Source: Mobula hypostoma
Lineage: Eukaryota
DNA: 64,000 nucleotides
Assembly (NCBI RefSeq): GCF_963921235.1
Contig: NC_086097.1
Coordinates: 868,001-932,000 of the forward strand
Direction of reading: 5' to 3'
The translations under genes were made by a program, and so were the position numbers. The first letter of the stretch is position 1, and each line of letters opens with the position of its first letter. Below the pieces are notes generated by a model that saw nothing but the letters and a program-made list of their open reading frames with translations, was not told where the DNA came from and ran no database searches. Positions 23,201-38,200 of the stretch are shown here, piece after piece.

Positions 23201-26200
23201 CCCCATGAACCTCAACCCTCACTGACCCCATCACCCTCTCACTGACCCCATCAACCTCACCCCCTCACTGACCCTCATCAATCTCACCCTCTCACTGACT
23301 CCATCAACCTCACCCCCTGACAGACACTCATCAACCTCACCCCCTCAACAGACCCTCATCAACCTCACCCACTCACTGACCCCATCACCCCCTCACTGAC
23401 CCCATCAACCTCACCCCCTCAATGACCTCATCAACCTCACACCCTCATTGACCCATCAACCTCACCCCCTCACTGACCCTATCAACCTCACCCCTTCACT
23501 GACCCTCATCAACCTCACCCTCACTGACCCCCATCAACCTCACCCACTCACTGACCCCATCACCCCCTCACTGACCCATCAACCTCACACTCTCACTGAC
23601 CCCATCAGCCCCTCACTGACCCCATCACCCCCTCACTGACCCCATCTGACCCTCACTGACCCTATCAACCTCACCCCCTCACTGACCCCATCAGCCCCTC
23701 ACTGACCCCATCAACCTACACACCCTCACTGACCCCCATCAACCTCACCTCCTCACTGACCCTATCACCCCCTCACTGACCCTATCAACCTCACCTCCTC
23801 ACTGACTCCATCAACTTCACCCTCTCACTGACCCTATCAACCTCACCCCCTCACTGACCCCATCAACCTCACCCCCTCAATGACCCTCATCAACCTCACC
23901 TCCTCACTGACCCATCAACCTCACCCCCTCACTGACCCCATCACCCCCTCACAGACACTCATCAACCTCACCCCCCTCACTGACCATATCAACCTCACCC
24001 CCTCACTGACCCTCATCAACCTCACCCTCACTGACCCCCATCAACCTCACCCACTCACTGACCCCATCACCCCCTCACTGACCCATCAACCTCACACTCT
24101 CACTGACCCCATCAGCCCCTCACTGACCCCATCACCCCCTCACTGACCCCATCTGACCCTCACTGACCCTATCAACCTCACCCCCTCACTGACCCCATCA
24201 GCCCCTCACTGACCCCATCAACCTACACACCCTCACTGACCCCCATCAACCTCACCTCCTCACTGACCCTATCACCCCCTCACTGACCCTATCAACCTCA
24301 CCTCCTCACTGACTCCATCAACTTCACCCTCTCACTGACCCTATCAACCTCACCCCCTCACTGACCCCATCAACCTCACCCCCTCAATGACCCTCATCAA
24401 CCTCACCCCCTCACTGACCCATCAACCTCACCCCCTCACTGACCCTATCAACCTCACCTCCTCACTGACCCTCATCAACCTCACCCTCACTGACCCCCAT
24501 GAACCTCACCCCCTCACTGACCCCATCACCCCCTCACTGACCCCATCAACCTCACACTCTCACTGACCCCATCAGCTCCTCACTGACCCATCAACCTCAC
24601 CCCCTCACTGACCCTATCAACCTCACCCCCTCACTGACCCTCATCAACCTCACCCTCACTGACCCCCATCAACCTAACGCCCTCACTGACCCCATCGCCC
24701 CCTCACTGACCCCATCAACCTCACCCCCTCACTGACTCCATCAACCTCACCCCCTCACTGACCCCATCACCCCCTCACTGACCCATCAACCTCACCCCCT
24801 CACTGACCCCCATCAACCTCACCCACTCACTGACCCCATCACCCCCTCACTGACCCCATCAACCTCACTCCCTCACTGACCCCATCAACCTCACCCCCTC
24901 AATGACCCTAATCAACCTCACACTCTCACTGACCCCATCACCCCCTCACTGACCCCATCACCCCCTCACTGACCCCATCAACCTCACACTCTCACTGACC
25001 CCATCAGCCCCTCACTGACCCATCAACCTCACCCCCTCACTGACCCCATCAGCCTCTCACTGACCCCATCACCCCCTCACTGACCCTATCAACCTCAACA
25101 CTCACTGACCCTCATCAACCTCACCCTCTCACTGACCCTCATCAACATCACCCCCTCACTGACTCCATCAACCTCACCCCCTCACTGACCCCATCACACC
25201 CTCACTGACCCCATCTGACCCTCACTGACCCTATCAACCTCACCCCCTCACTGACCCCATCAGCCCCTCACTGACCCCATCAACCTACACCCCCTCACTG
25301 ACCCCCATCAAACTCACCTCCTCACTGACCCTATCACCCCCTCACTGACCCTATCAACCTCACCCCCTCACTGACCCCATCAACCTCACCCCCTCACTGA
25401 CCCTATCAACCTCACCCCCTTACTGACCCCCATCAACCTCACCTCCTCACTGACCCTATCACCCCCTCACTGACCCCATCACCCCCTCACTGACCATATC
25501 AACCTCACACTCTCACTGACCCCATCAGCTCCTCACTGACCCATCAACCTCACCCCCTCACTGACCCTATCAACCTCACCCCCTCACTGACCCTCATCAA
25601 CCTCACCCTCACTGACCCCCATCAACCTAACGCCCTCACTGACCCCATCGCCCCCTCACTGACCCCATCAACCTCACCCCTCACTGACCCTCATCAACCT
25701 CACCCCCTCACTGACTCCATCAACTTCACCCCCTCAACAGACCCTCATCAACCTCACCCACTCACTGACCCCATCACCCCCTCACTGACCCCATCAACCT
25801 CACCCCCTCAATGACCCTCATCAACCTCACACCCTCAACTGACCCTCATCAACCTCACCCTCTCACTGACCCCATCAACCTCACCCCCTCAATGACCCTC
25901 ATCAACCTCACCCCCTCACTAACCCTCATTAACCTCACCCTCACTGACCCCAATCAACCTCACCCCTCACTGACCCCATCACACCCTCGCTGACCCCATC
26001 AACTTCACACTCTCACTGACCCCATCAGCCCCTCACTGACCCATCAACCTCACCCCCTCACTGACCCCATCACCCCCTCACTGACCTCATCTGACCCTCA
26101 CTGACCCTATCAACCTCACCCCCTCACTGACCCCATCAGCCCCTCACTGACCCCATCAACCTCACCCCCTCACTGACCCTCATCAACCTCACACTCTCAC

Positions 26201-29200
26201 TGACCCCATCACCCCCTCATTGACCCATCAAACCTCACCCCCTCAATGACCCTCATCAACCTCACCCCCTCACTGACTCCATCAACCTCACCCCCACACT
26301 GACCCCATCACCCCCTCACAGACCCTCATCAACCTCACCCCCTCAACTGACCCTCAGCAACCTCACCGTCTCACTGACCCCATCAGCCCTCACTGACCCC
26401 ATCAACCTCACCCCCTCACTGACCCCATCAACCTGACCCCCTCAATGACCCTCATCAACCTCACCCCCTCACTGACCCTCATCAACCTCATCCCCTCACT
26501 GACCCTATCAACCTCACCCCCTCACTGACCCTCATCAACCTCATCACCTCACTGACCCTATCAACCTCACCCGCTCACTTACCCCCATCAACCTCACCCC
26601 CTCACTGACCCCATCAGCCCCTCGCTGACCCCATCAACACCTCACTGACCCCATCAACCTCACCCCCTCACTGACCCCCATCAACCTCACCTCCTCACTG
26701 ACCCTATCACCCCCTCACTGACCCATCACCCCCTCACTGACCCCATCAACCTCACACTCTCACTGACCCCATCAGCTCCTCACTGACCCATCAACCTCAC
26801 CCCCTCACTGACCCTATCAACCTCACCCCCTCACTGACCCTCATCAACCTCACCCTCACTGACCCCCATCAACCTCACCCCCTCACTGACCCCATCAACC
26901 TCACACTCTCACTGACCCCATCAGCCCCTCACTGACCCCATCACCCCCCTCACTGACTCTATCAAACTCACTTCCTCACTGAAACCATCGCCCCCTCACT
27001 GACCCCATCAAACTCACCCCCTCACTGACCCTCATCAACCTCACCCCCTCAATGACCCTCATCATCCTCACCCTCTCACTGACCCCATCAACCTCACCCC
27101 CTCACTGACCCATCAACCTCACCCCCTCACTGACCCTCATTAACCTCAACCTCACTGACCCCCATCAACCTCACCCCCTCACTGACCCCATCACCCCCTT
27201 GCTGACCCCATCAACCTCATCCCCTCACTGACCGTATCAACCGCACCAACTCACTGACCCGATCAGCCCCTCACTGACCCCATCACCCCCTCACTGACCC
27301 TATCAACCTCACTCCCTCACTGACCCCATCACCCCCTCACTGACCCCATCAACCTCACCACCTCAACTGACCCTCATCAACCTCACCCTCTCACTGACCC
27401 TATCAACCTCACCTCCTCACTGACCCCATCAGCCCCTCACTGACCCCATCACCCCCTCACTGACCCTATCAACCTCACCCCTCACGGACCCTCATCAACC
27501 TCACCCTCTCACTGACCCCATCACCCCCTCATTGACCCCATCAACCTCACCCCCTCAATGACCCTCATCAACCTCACCCCCTAACTGACTCCATCAACCT
27601 CACCCCCTCACTGACACCATCACCCCCTCACAGACCCTCATCAACCTCACCCCCTCAACTGACCCTCAGCAACCTCACCCTCTCACTGACCCCATCAACC
27701 TGACCCCCTCAATGACCCTCATCAACCTCACCCCCTCAGTGACCTAATCAACCTCACCCCCTCACTGACCCTCATCAACCTCACCCCCTCACTGACCCCA
27801 TCAACCTCACCCCCTCACTGACCCTCAGCAACCTCACCCCCTCACTGACCCTATCAACCTCACCCCCTCACTGACTCCATCAACCACACCCCCTCACTGA
27901 CCCCATCACCACCTCACAGACCCTCATCAACCTTACCCCCTCACTGACCCCATCAACCACACCCCCTCACTGACCCCATCAACCTCACCCCCTCACTGAC
28001 CCTCATCAACGTCACCATCTCACTGACCCCATCACCCCCTCATTGACCCCATCAACCTCACCCCCTCACTGACCCTCATCAACCTCACCCCCTCAACAGA
28101 CCCTCATCAACCTCACCCTCTCACTGACCCCATCACCCCCTCACTGACCCCATCAACCTCACCCCCTCAATGACCCTCATCAACCTAACCCCCTCACTGA
28201 CCCTATCAACCTCACCCCCTCAATGACCCTCATCAACCTCACCCTCACTGACCCCCATCAACCTCACCCCCTCACTGACCCCATCACCCCCTCACTGACC
28301 CCATCAGCCCCTCACTGACCCATGAACCTCACCCCCTCACTGACCCCATCAGCCCCTCACTGAGCCCATCACCCCCTCACTGAACCCATCTGACCCTCAC
28401 TGACCCTGTCAACCACACCCCCTCACTGACCCCATCAGCCCCTCACTGACCCCATCAACCTCACCCCCTCACTGACCCCCATCAACCTCACCATCTCACT
28501 GACCCATCACCCCCTCACTGACCCTATCAACCTCACCTCCTCACTGACCTCATCAACCTCACCCTCTCACTGACCCTTTCAAACTCACCCCCGCACTGAC
28601 CCCATCAACCTCAGCCGCTCAATGACCCTCATCAACCTCACCCCCTCACTGACACATCAACCTCACCCCCTCACTGACCCTATCAACCTCACCTCCTCAC
28701 TGACCCTCATCAACCTCACCCTCACTGACCCCCATGAACCTCACCTCCTCACTGACCCCATCACCCCCTCACTGACCCTATCAACCTCACACTCTCACTA
28801 ACCCCATCAGCCCCTCACTGACCCCAACACCCCCTCACTGACCCCATCAACCTCACCCCCTCACTGACCCTCATCAACCTCACCTCCTCACTGACCCTCA
28901 TCAACCTCACCCTCACTGACCCCCATGAACCTCACCTCCTCACTGACCCCATCACCCCCTCACTGACCCTATCAACCTCACACTCTCACTAACCCCATCA
29001 GCCCCTCACTGACCCCATCACCCCCTCACTGACCCCATCAACCTCACCCCCTCACTGACCCTCATCAACCTCACCCCCTCAATGACCCTCATCAACCTCA
29101 CCCCCTCACTGACCCTATCAACCTCACCCCCTCACTGACCCTCATCAACCTCACCCCCTCACTGACCCCATCAACCCCTCACTGACCCCATCAACCTCAC

Positions 29201-32200
29201 ACTCTCACTGACCCCATCAGCCCCTCACTGACCCCCATCAACCTCACTCCCTCAACTGACCCTCATCAACCTCACCCTCTCACTGACCCCATCACCCCCT
29301 CACTGACCCATCAACCTCACCCCCTCAATGACCTCATCAACCTCACCCCCTCACTGACCCTATCAACCTCAACTCCTCACTGACCCCATCAGGCCCTCAC
29401 TGACCCATCAACCTCACCCCCTCACTGACCCCATCAGCCCCTCACTGACCCCATCACCCCCTCACTGAACCTATCAACCTCAACACTCACTGACCCTCAT
29501 CAACCTCACCCTCTCACTGACCCTCATCAACCTCACCCCCTCAACTGACCCTCAGCAACCTCACCGTCTCACTGACCCCATCAGCCCCTCACTGACCCAT
29601 CAACCTCACCCCCTCACTGACCCCATCAACCTGACCCCCTCAATGACCCTCATCAACCTCACCCCCTCACTGACCCTATCAACCTCACCCCCTCACTGAC
29701 CCTCATCAACCTCATCCCCTCACTGACCCTATCAACCTCACCCCCTCACTGACCCTCATCAACCTCACCCCCTCACTGACCCCCATCAACCTCACCCCCT
29801 CACTGACCCCATCAGCCCCTCACTGACCCCATCAACACCTCACTGACCCTATCAACCTCACCCCCTCACTAACCCCATCACCCCCTCACTGACCCTCATC
29901 AACCTCACCCCCTCACTGACCCCCATCAACCTCACCTCCTCACTGACCCTATCACCCCCTCACTGACCCCATCACCCCCTCACTGACCCCATCAACCTCA
30001 CACTCTCACTGACCCCATCAGCTCCTCACTGACCCATCAACCTCACCCCCTCACTGACCCTATCAACCTCACCCCCTCACTGACCCTCATCAACCTCACC
30101 CTCACAGACCCTCATCAACCTTACCCCCTCACTGACCCCATCAACCACACCCCCTCACTGACCCCATCAACCTCACCCCCTCACTGACTCTATCAAACTC
30201 ACCATCTCACTGACCCCATCACCCCCTCATTGACCCCATCAACCTCACCCCCTCACTGACCCTCATCAACCTCACCCCCTCAACTGACCCTCATCAACCT
30301 CACCCTCTCACTGACCCCATCAACCTCACCCCCTCAATGACCCTCATCAACCTCACCCCCTCACTGACCCTATCAACCTCACCCCCTCACTGACCCTCAT
30401 CAACCTCACCCTCACTGACCCCCATCAACCTCACCCCCTCACTGACCCCATCAGCCCCTCACTGACCCCATGAACCTCACCCCCTCACTGACCCCATCAG
30501 CCCCTCACTGAGCCCATCACCCCCTCACTGAACCCATCTGACCCTCACTGACCCTGTCAACCACACCCCCTCACTGACCCCATCAGCCCCTCACTGACCC
30601 CATCAACCTCACCCCCTCACTGACCCTCATCAACCTCACCCCCTCACTGACCCCATCAAACCCTCACTGACCCCATCAGCCCTTCACTGACCCCATCACC
30701 CCTTCACTGACCCTATCAACCTCACCCCCTCACTGACCCTCATCAACCTCACCCTCTCACTGACCCTATCAAACTCACCCCCTCACTGACCCCATCAACC
30801 TCACCCCCTCAATGACCCTCATCAACCTCACCCCCTCACTGACTCCATCAACCTCACCCCCTCACTGACCCCATCACCCCCTCACAGACCCTCATCAACC
30901 TCACCCCCTCACTGACCCTACATCAACCTCACCCCACCATCACCTGACCCTATCAACCTCTCACCCATCAACCTCCTCACTGACCCTCATCAACCTCACC
31001 CTCACTGACCCCCATGAACCTCACCTCCTCACTGACCCATCATCACCCCCTCACTGACCCTATCAACCTCACACTCTCACTAACCCCATCAGCCCCTCAC
31101 TGACCCCATCACCCCCTCACTGACCCCATCAACCTCACCCCCTCACTGACCCTCATCAACCTCACCCCCTCAATGACCCTCATCAACCTCACCCCCTCAC
31201 TGACCCTATCAACCTCACCCCCTCACTGACCCTCATCAACCTCACCCCCTCACTGACCCCATCAACCCCTCACCTCCCTCAACTGACCCTCATCAACCTC
31301 ACCCTCTCACTGACCCCATCACCCCCTCACTGACCCATCAACCTCACCCCCTCAATGACCTCATCAACCACACCCCCTCACTGACCCTATCAACCTCAAC
31401 TCCTCACTGACCCCATCAGGCCCTCACTGACCCATCAACCTCACCCCCTCACTGACCCCATCAGCCCCTCACTGACCCCATCACCCCCTCACTGACCCTA
31501 TCAACCTCAACACTCACTGACCCTCATCAACCTCACCCTCTCACTGACCCTCATCAACCTCACCCCCTCAACTGACCCTCAGCAACCTCACCGTCTCACT
31601 GACCCCATCAGCCCTCACTGACCCCATCAACCTCACCCCCTCACTGCCCCCATCAACCTGACCCCCTCAATGACCCTCATCAACCTCACCCCCTCACTGA
31701 CCCTATCAACCTCACCCCCTCACTGACCCTCATCAACCTCATCCCCTCACTGACCCTATCAACCTCACCCGCTCACTGACCCTCATCAACCTCACCCTCA
31801 CTGACCCCCATCAACCTCACCCCCTCACTGACCCCATCAGCCCCTCACTGACCCCATCAACACCTCACTGACCCTATCAACCTCACCCCCTCACTAACCC
31901 CATCAGACCCTCACTGACCGTATCAACCTCACTCCCTCCCTGACCCCCATCAACCTCACCTCCTCACTGACCCTATCACCCCTCACTGACCCCATCACCC
32001 CCTCACTGACCCCATCAACCTCACACTCTCACTGACCCCATCAGCTCCTCACTGACCCATCAACCTCACCCCCTCACTGACCCTATCAACCTCACCCCCT
32101 CACTGACCCTCATCAACCTCACCCTCACAGACCCCCATCAACCTCACCCCCTCACTGACCCCATCAACCTCACACTCTCACTGACCCCATCAGCCCCTCA

Positions 32201-35200
32201 CTGACCCCATCACCCCCTCACTGACTCTATCAAACTCACTTCCTCACTGAACCCATCGCCCCCTCACTGACCCCATCAAACTCACCCCCTCACTGACCCT
32301 CATCAACCTCACCCCCTCAACAGACCCTCATCAACCTCACCCTCTCACTGACCCCATCAACCTCACCCCCTCAATGACCCTCATCAACCTCACCCCCTCA
32401 CTGACCCATCAACCTCACCCCCTCACTGACCCTCATTAACCTCAACCTCACTGACCCCCATCAACCTCACCCCCTCACTGACCCCATCACCCCCTTGCTG
32501 ACCCCATCAACCTCACCCCCTCACTGACCGTATCAACCGCACCAACTCACTGACCCGATCAGCCCCTCACTGACCCCATCACCCCCTTACTGACCCTATC
32601 AACCTCACTCCCTCACTGACCCCATCAACCTCACCCTCTCACTGACCCTATCAACCTCACCTCCTCACTGACCCTCATCAACCTCACCCTCTCACTGACC
32701 CTATCAACCTCACCTCCTCACTGACCCCATCAGCCCCTCACTGACCCCATCACCCCCTCACTGACCCTATCAACCTCACCCCCTCACTGACCCTCATCAA
32801 CCTCACCCTCTCACTGACCCCATCACCCCCTCATTGACCCCATCAACCTCACCCCCTCAATGACCCTCATCAACCTCACCCCCTAACTGACTCCATCAAC
32901 CTCACCCCCTCACTGACCCCATCACCCCCTCACAGACCCTCATCAACCTCACCCCCTCAACTGACCCTCAGCAGCCTCACCCTCTCACTGACCCCATCAA
33001 CCTGACCCCCTCAATGACCCTCATCAACCTCACCCCCTCAGTGACCTAATCAACCTCACCCCCTCACTGACCCTCATCAACCACACCCTCACTGACCCCA
33101 TCAACCTCACCCCCTCAATGACCCTTATCAACCTCACCCCCTCACTGACTCCATCAACCTCACCCCCTCACTGACCCCATCACCACCTCACAGACCCTCA
33201 TCAACCTCACCCCCTCACTGACCCCATCAACCTCACCCCCTCACTGACCCCATCACCCCCTCACTGACCCCATCAACCTCACCCCCTCACTGACCCTCAT
33301 CAACCTCACCCCCTCAATGACCCTATCAACCTCACCCCCTCAATGACCCTCATCAACCTCACCCCCTTACTGACTCCATCAACCTCACCCCTCACTGACC
33401 CCATCACCCCCTCACAGACCCTCATCAACCTCACCCCCTCACTGACCCCATCAACCTCACCCCCTCACTGACCCCATCACCCCCTCACTGACCCTCATCA
33501 ACCTCACCCTCTCACTGACCCTCATCAACCTCACCCCCTTACTGACTCCATCAACCTCACCCCTCACTGACCCCATCACCGCCTCACAGAGCCTCATCAA
33601 CCTCACGCCCTCAACAGACCCTCATCAACCTCACCCTCTCACTGACCCCATCACCCCCTCACTGACCCCATCAACCTCACCCCCTCAATGACCCTCATCA
33701 ACCTAACCCCCTCACTGACCCTATCAACCTCACCCCCTCACTGACCCTCATCAACCTCACCCTCACTGACCCCCATCAACCTCACCCCCTCACTGACCCC
33801 ATCACCCCCTCACTGACCCCATCAGCCCCTCACTGACCCATGAACCTCACCCCCTCACTGACGCCATCAGCCCCTCACTGACCCCCTCACCCCCTCACTG
33901 ACCCCATCTGACCCTCACTGACCCTGTCAACCTCACCCCCTCACTGACCCCATCAGCCCCTCACTGACCCTATCAAACTCACCCCCGCACTGACCCCATC
34001 AACCTCAGCCCCTCAATGACCCTCATCAACCTCACCCCCTCACTGACACATCAACCTCACCCCCTCACTGACCCCATCACCCCCTCACAGACCCTCATCA
34101 ACCTCACCCCCTCACTGACCCTATCAACCTCACCTCCTCACTGACCCTCATCAACCTCACCCTCACTGACCCCCATGAACCTCACCTCCTCACTGACCCC
34201 ATCACCCCCTCACTGACCCGATCAACCTCACACGCTCACTGACCCCATCAGCCCCTCACTGACCCCATCACCCCCTCACTGACCCCATCAACCTCACCCC
34301 CTCACTGACCCTCATCAACCTCACCCCCTCAATGACCCTCATCAACCTCACCCCCTCACTGACCCTATCAACCTCACCCACTCACTGACCCCATCACCCC
34401 CTCACTGACCCATCAACCTCACCCCCTCAATGACCCTCATCAACCTCACCCCCTCACCGACCCTATCAACCTCAACTCCTCACTGACCCCATCAACCTCA
34501 CGCCCTCACTGACCCCATCAGCTCCTCACTGACCCCATCACCCCCTCACTGACCCTATCAACCTCAACACTCACTGACCCTCATCAACCTCACCCTCTCA
34601 CTGACCCTCATCAACCTCACCCCCTCACTGACTCCATCAACCTCACCCCCTCACTGACCCCATCAGCCCCTCACTGACCCCATCACCCCCTCACTGACCC
34701 TATCAACCTCAACCCTCATCAACATCACCCTCTCACTGACCCCATCAACCTCACACCCTCACTGACCCCATCAACCTCACCTCCTCACTGACCCTCATCA
34801 ACCTCACCCCCTCAATGACCCTCATCAACCTCACCCCCTCATTGACTCCATCAACCTCACCCCCTCACTGACCCCATCACCTCCTCACTGACCCTCATCA
34901 ACCTCACCCCTTCAATGACCCTTATCAACCTCACCCCCTCACTGACCCCATCACCACCTCACAGACACTCATCAACCTCACCCCCTCACTGACCCCATCA
35001 ACCTCACCCCCTCACTGACCCCATCACCCCCTCACTGACCCCATCAACCTCACCCCCTCAATGACCTTCATCAACCTCACCCCCTCACTGACTCCATCAA
35101 CCTCACCCCCTCACTGACCCCATCACCACCTCACAGACCCACATCAACCTCACCCCCTCACTGACCCATATCAACCTCACCCCCTCAATGACCCTCATCA

Positions 35201-38200
35201 ACCTCACCCCCTCACTGACCCCATCACCCCCTCACAGACCCTCATCAACCTCACCCCCTCACAGACCCTCATCAACCTCACCCTCTCACGGACCCCATCA
35301 CCCCTTCACTGACCCCATCAACCTCACCCCCTCACTGACCCCATCAGCCCCTCACTGACCCCATCACCCCCTCACTGACCCTATCAACCTCAACACTCAC
35401 TGACCCTCATCAACCTCACCCTCTCACTGACCCTCATCAACCTCACCCCCTCACTGACTCCATCAACCTCACCCCCTCACTGACCCCATCAGCCCCTCAC
35501 TGACCCCATCACCCCCTCACTGACCCTATCAACCTCAACCCTCACTGAACCTCATCAACATCACCCTCTCACTGACCCCATCACCCCCTCACTGACTCCA
35601 TCAACCTCACCTCCTCACTGACCCTCATCAACCTCACCCCCTCAATGACCCTCATCAACCTCACCCCCTCAACTGACCCTCATCAACCTCACCCCCTCAC
35701 TGACCCATCAACCTCACCCCCTCACTAACCCTCATTAACCTCACCCTCACTGACCCCCATCAACCTCACCCCTCACTGACCCCATCACCCCCTCGCTGAC
35801 CCCATCAACCTCACCCCCTCACTAACCCTCATTAACCTCACCCTCACTGACCCCCATCAACCTCACCCCTCACTGACCCCATCACCCCCTCGCTGACCCC
35901 ATCAACCTCACACTCTCACTGACCCCATCAGCCCCTCACTGACCCACTCAACCTCACCCCCTCACTGACCCCATCAGCCCCTCACTGACCCCATCACCCC
36001 CTCACTGACCCCATCTGACCCTCACTGACCCTATCAACCTCACCCCCTCACTGACCCCATCAGCCCCTCACTGACCCCATCAACCTCACCCCCTCACTGA
36101 CCCTCATCAACCTCACCCTCTCACTGACCCCATCACCCCCTCATTGACCCAATCAACCTCACCCCCTCACTGACTCCATCAACCTCTCCCCCTCACTGAC
36201 CCCATCACCCCCTCACAGACCCTCATCAACCTCACCCCCTCAACTGACCCTCAGCAACCTCACCGTCTCACTGACCCCATCAGCCTCACCCCCTCAATGA
36301 CCCTCATCAACCTCACCCCCTCACTGACCCTATCAACCTCACCCCCTCACTGACCCTCATCAACCTCATCCCCTCACTGACCCTATCAACCTCACCCGCT
36401 CACTGACCCTCATCAACCTCACCCTCACTGAGCCCCATCAACCTCACCCCCTCACTGACCCTCATCAACCTCACCACCTCACTGACTCCATCATCCTCAC
36501 CACCTCACAGACCCTCATCAACCTCACCCTCACTGACCCCCATCAACCTCACCCCTCACTGACCCCATCAACCTCACACTCTCACTGACCCCATCAGCCC
36601 CTCACTGACCCCATCACCCCCTCACTGACCCCATCAAACTCACTTCCTCACTGAACCCATCGCCCCCTCACTGACCCCATCAAACTCACCCCCTCACTGA
36701 CCCTCATCAACCTCACCCCCTCAACTGACCCTCATCAACCTCACCCTCTCACTGATCCCATCAACCTCACCCACTCAATGACCCTCATCAACCTCACCCC
36801 CTCAATGACCCTCATCAACTTCACCCCCTCAACTGACCCTCATCAACCTCACCCTCTCACTGACCCATCAACCTCACCCCTCACTAACCCTCATTAACCT
36901 CACCCTCACTGATCCCCATCAACCTCACCCCTCACTGACCCCATCACCCCCTCGCTGACCCCATCAACCTCACACTCTCACTGACCCCATCAGCCCCTCA
37001 CTGACCCATCAACCTCACCCCCTCACTGACCCCATCAGCCCCTCACTGACCCCCTCACCCCCTCACTGACCCCATCTGACCCTCACTGACCCTATCAACC
37101 TCACCCCTCACTGACCTCATCAGCCCCTCATTGACCCAATCAACCTCACCCCCTCACTGACCCCATCACCCCCTCACAGACCCTCATCAACCTCACCCCC
37201 TCAACTGACCCTCAGCAACCTCACCCTCTGACTGACCCCATCAACCTGACCCCCTCACTGACCCCATCAACCTCACCCCCTCACTGACCCCATCAACCTC
37301 ACCGTCTCACTGACCGCATCACCCCTCACTGACCCCATCAACCTCACCCCCTCACTGACCCCATCAACCTGACCCCCTCAATGACCCTCATCAACCTCAC
37401 CCCCACACTGACCCTATCAACCTCACCCCCTCACTGACCCTCATCAACCTCATCCCCTCACTGACCCTATCAACCTCACCCATTCACTGACCCTCATCAA
37501 CCTCACCCTCACTGAGCCCCATCAACCTCACCCCCTCACTGACCCCATCAGCCCCTCACTGACCCCATCAACCTCACCCCCTCACTCACCCCCATCAACC
37601 TCACCTCCTCACTGACCCTATCAACCTCACCCCCTCACTAACCCCATCAGACCCTCACTGACCCCATCAACCTCACCCCCTCACTCACCCCCATCAACCT
37701 CACCTCCTCACTGACCCTATCACTCCCTCACTGACCCCATCACCCCCTCACTGACCCCATCAACCTCACACTCTCACTGACCCTATCAGCTCCTCACTGA
37801 CCCATCAACCTCACCCCCTCACTGACCCTATCAACCTCACCCCCTCACTGACCCTCATCAACCTCACCCTCACTGACCCCCATCAACCTCACCCCCTCAC
37901 TGACCCATCAACCTCACCCCCTCACTGACCCCATCAGCCCCTCACTGACCCCATCACCCCTCACTGACCCTATCAACCTCACCCCCTCACTGACCCCATC
38001 AGCCCCTCACTGACCCCATCAACCTCACCCCCTCACTGACCCCCATCAACCTCAGCATCTCACTGACCCTATCACCCCCTCACTGACCCTATCAACCTCA
38101 CCTCCTCACTGACCTCATCAACCTCACCCTCTCACTGACCCTATCAAACTCACCCCCGCACTGACGCCATCAACCTCAACCCCTCACTGACCCTATCAAC

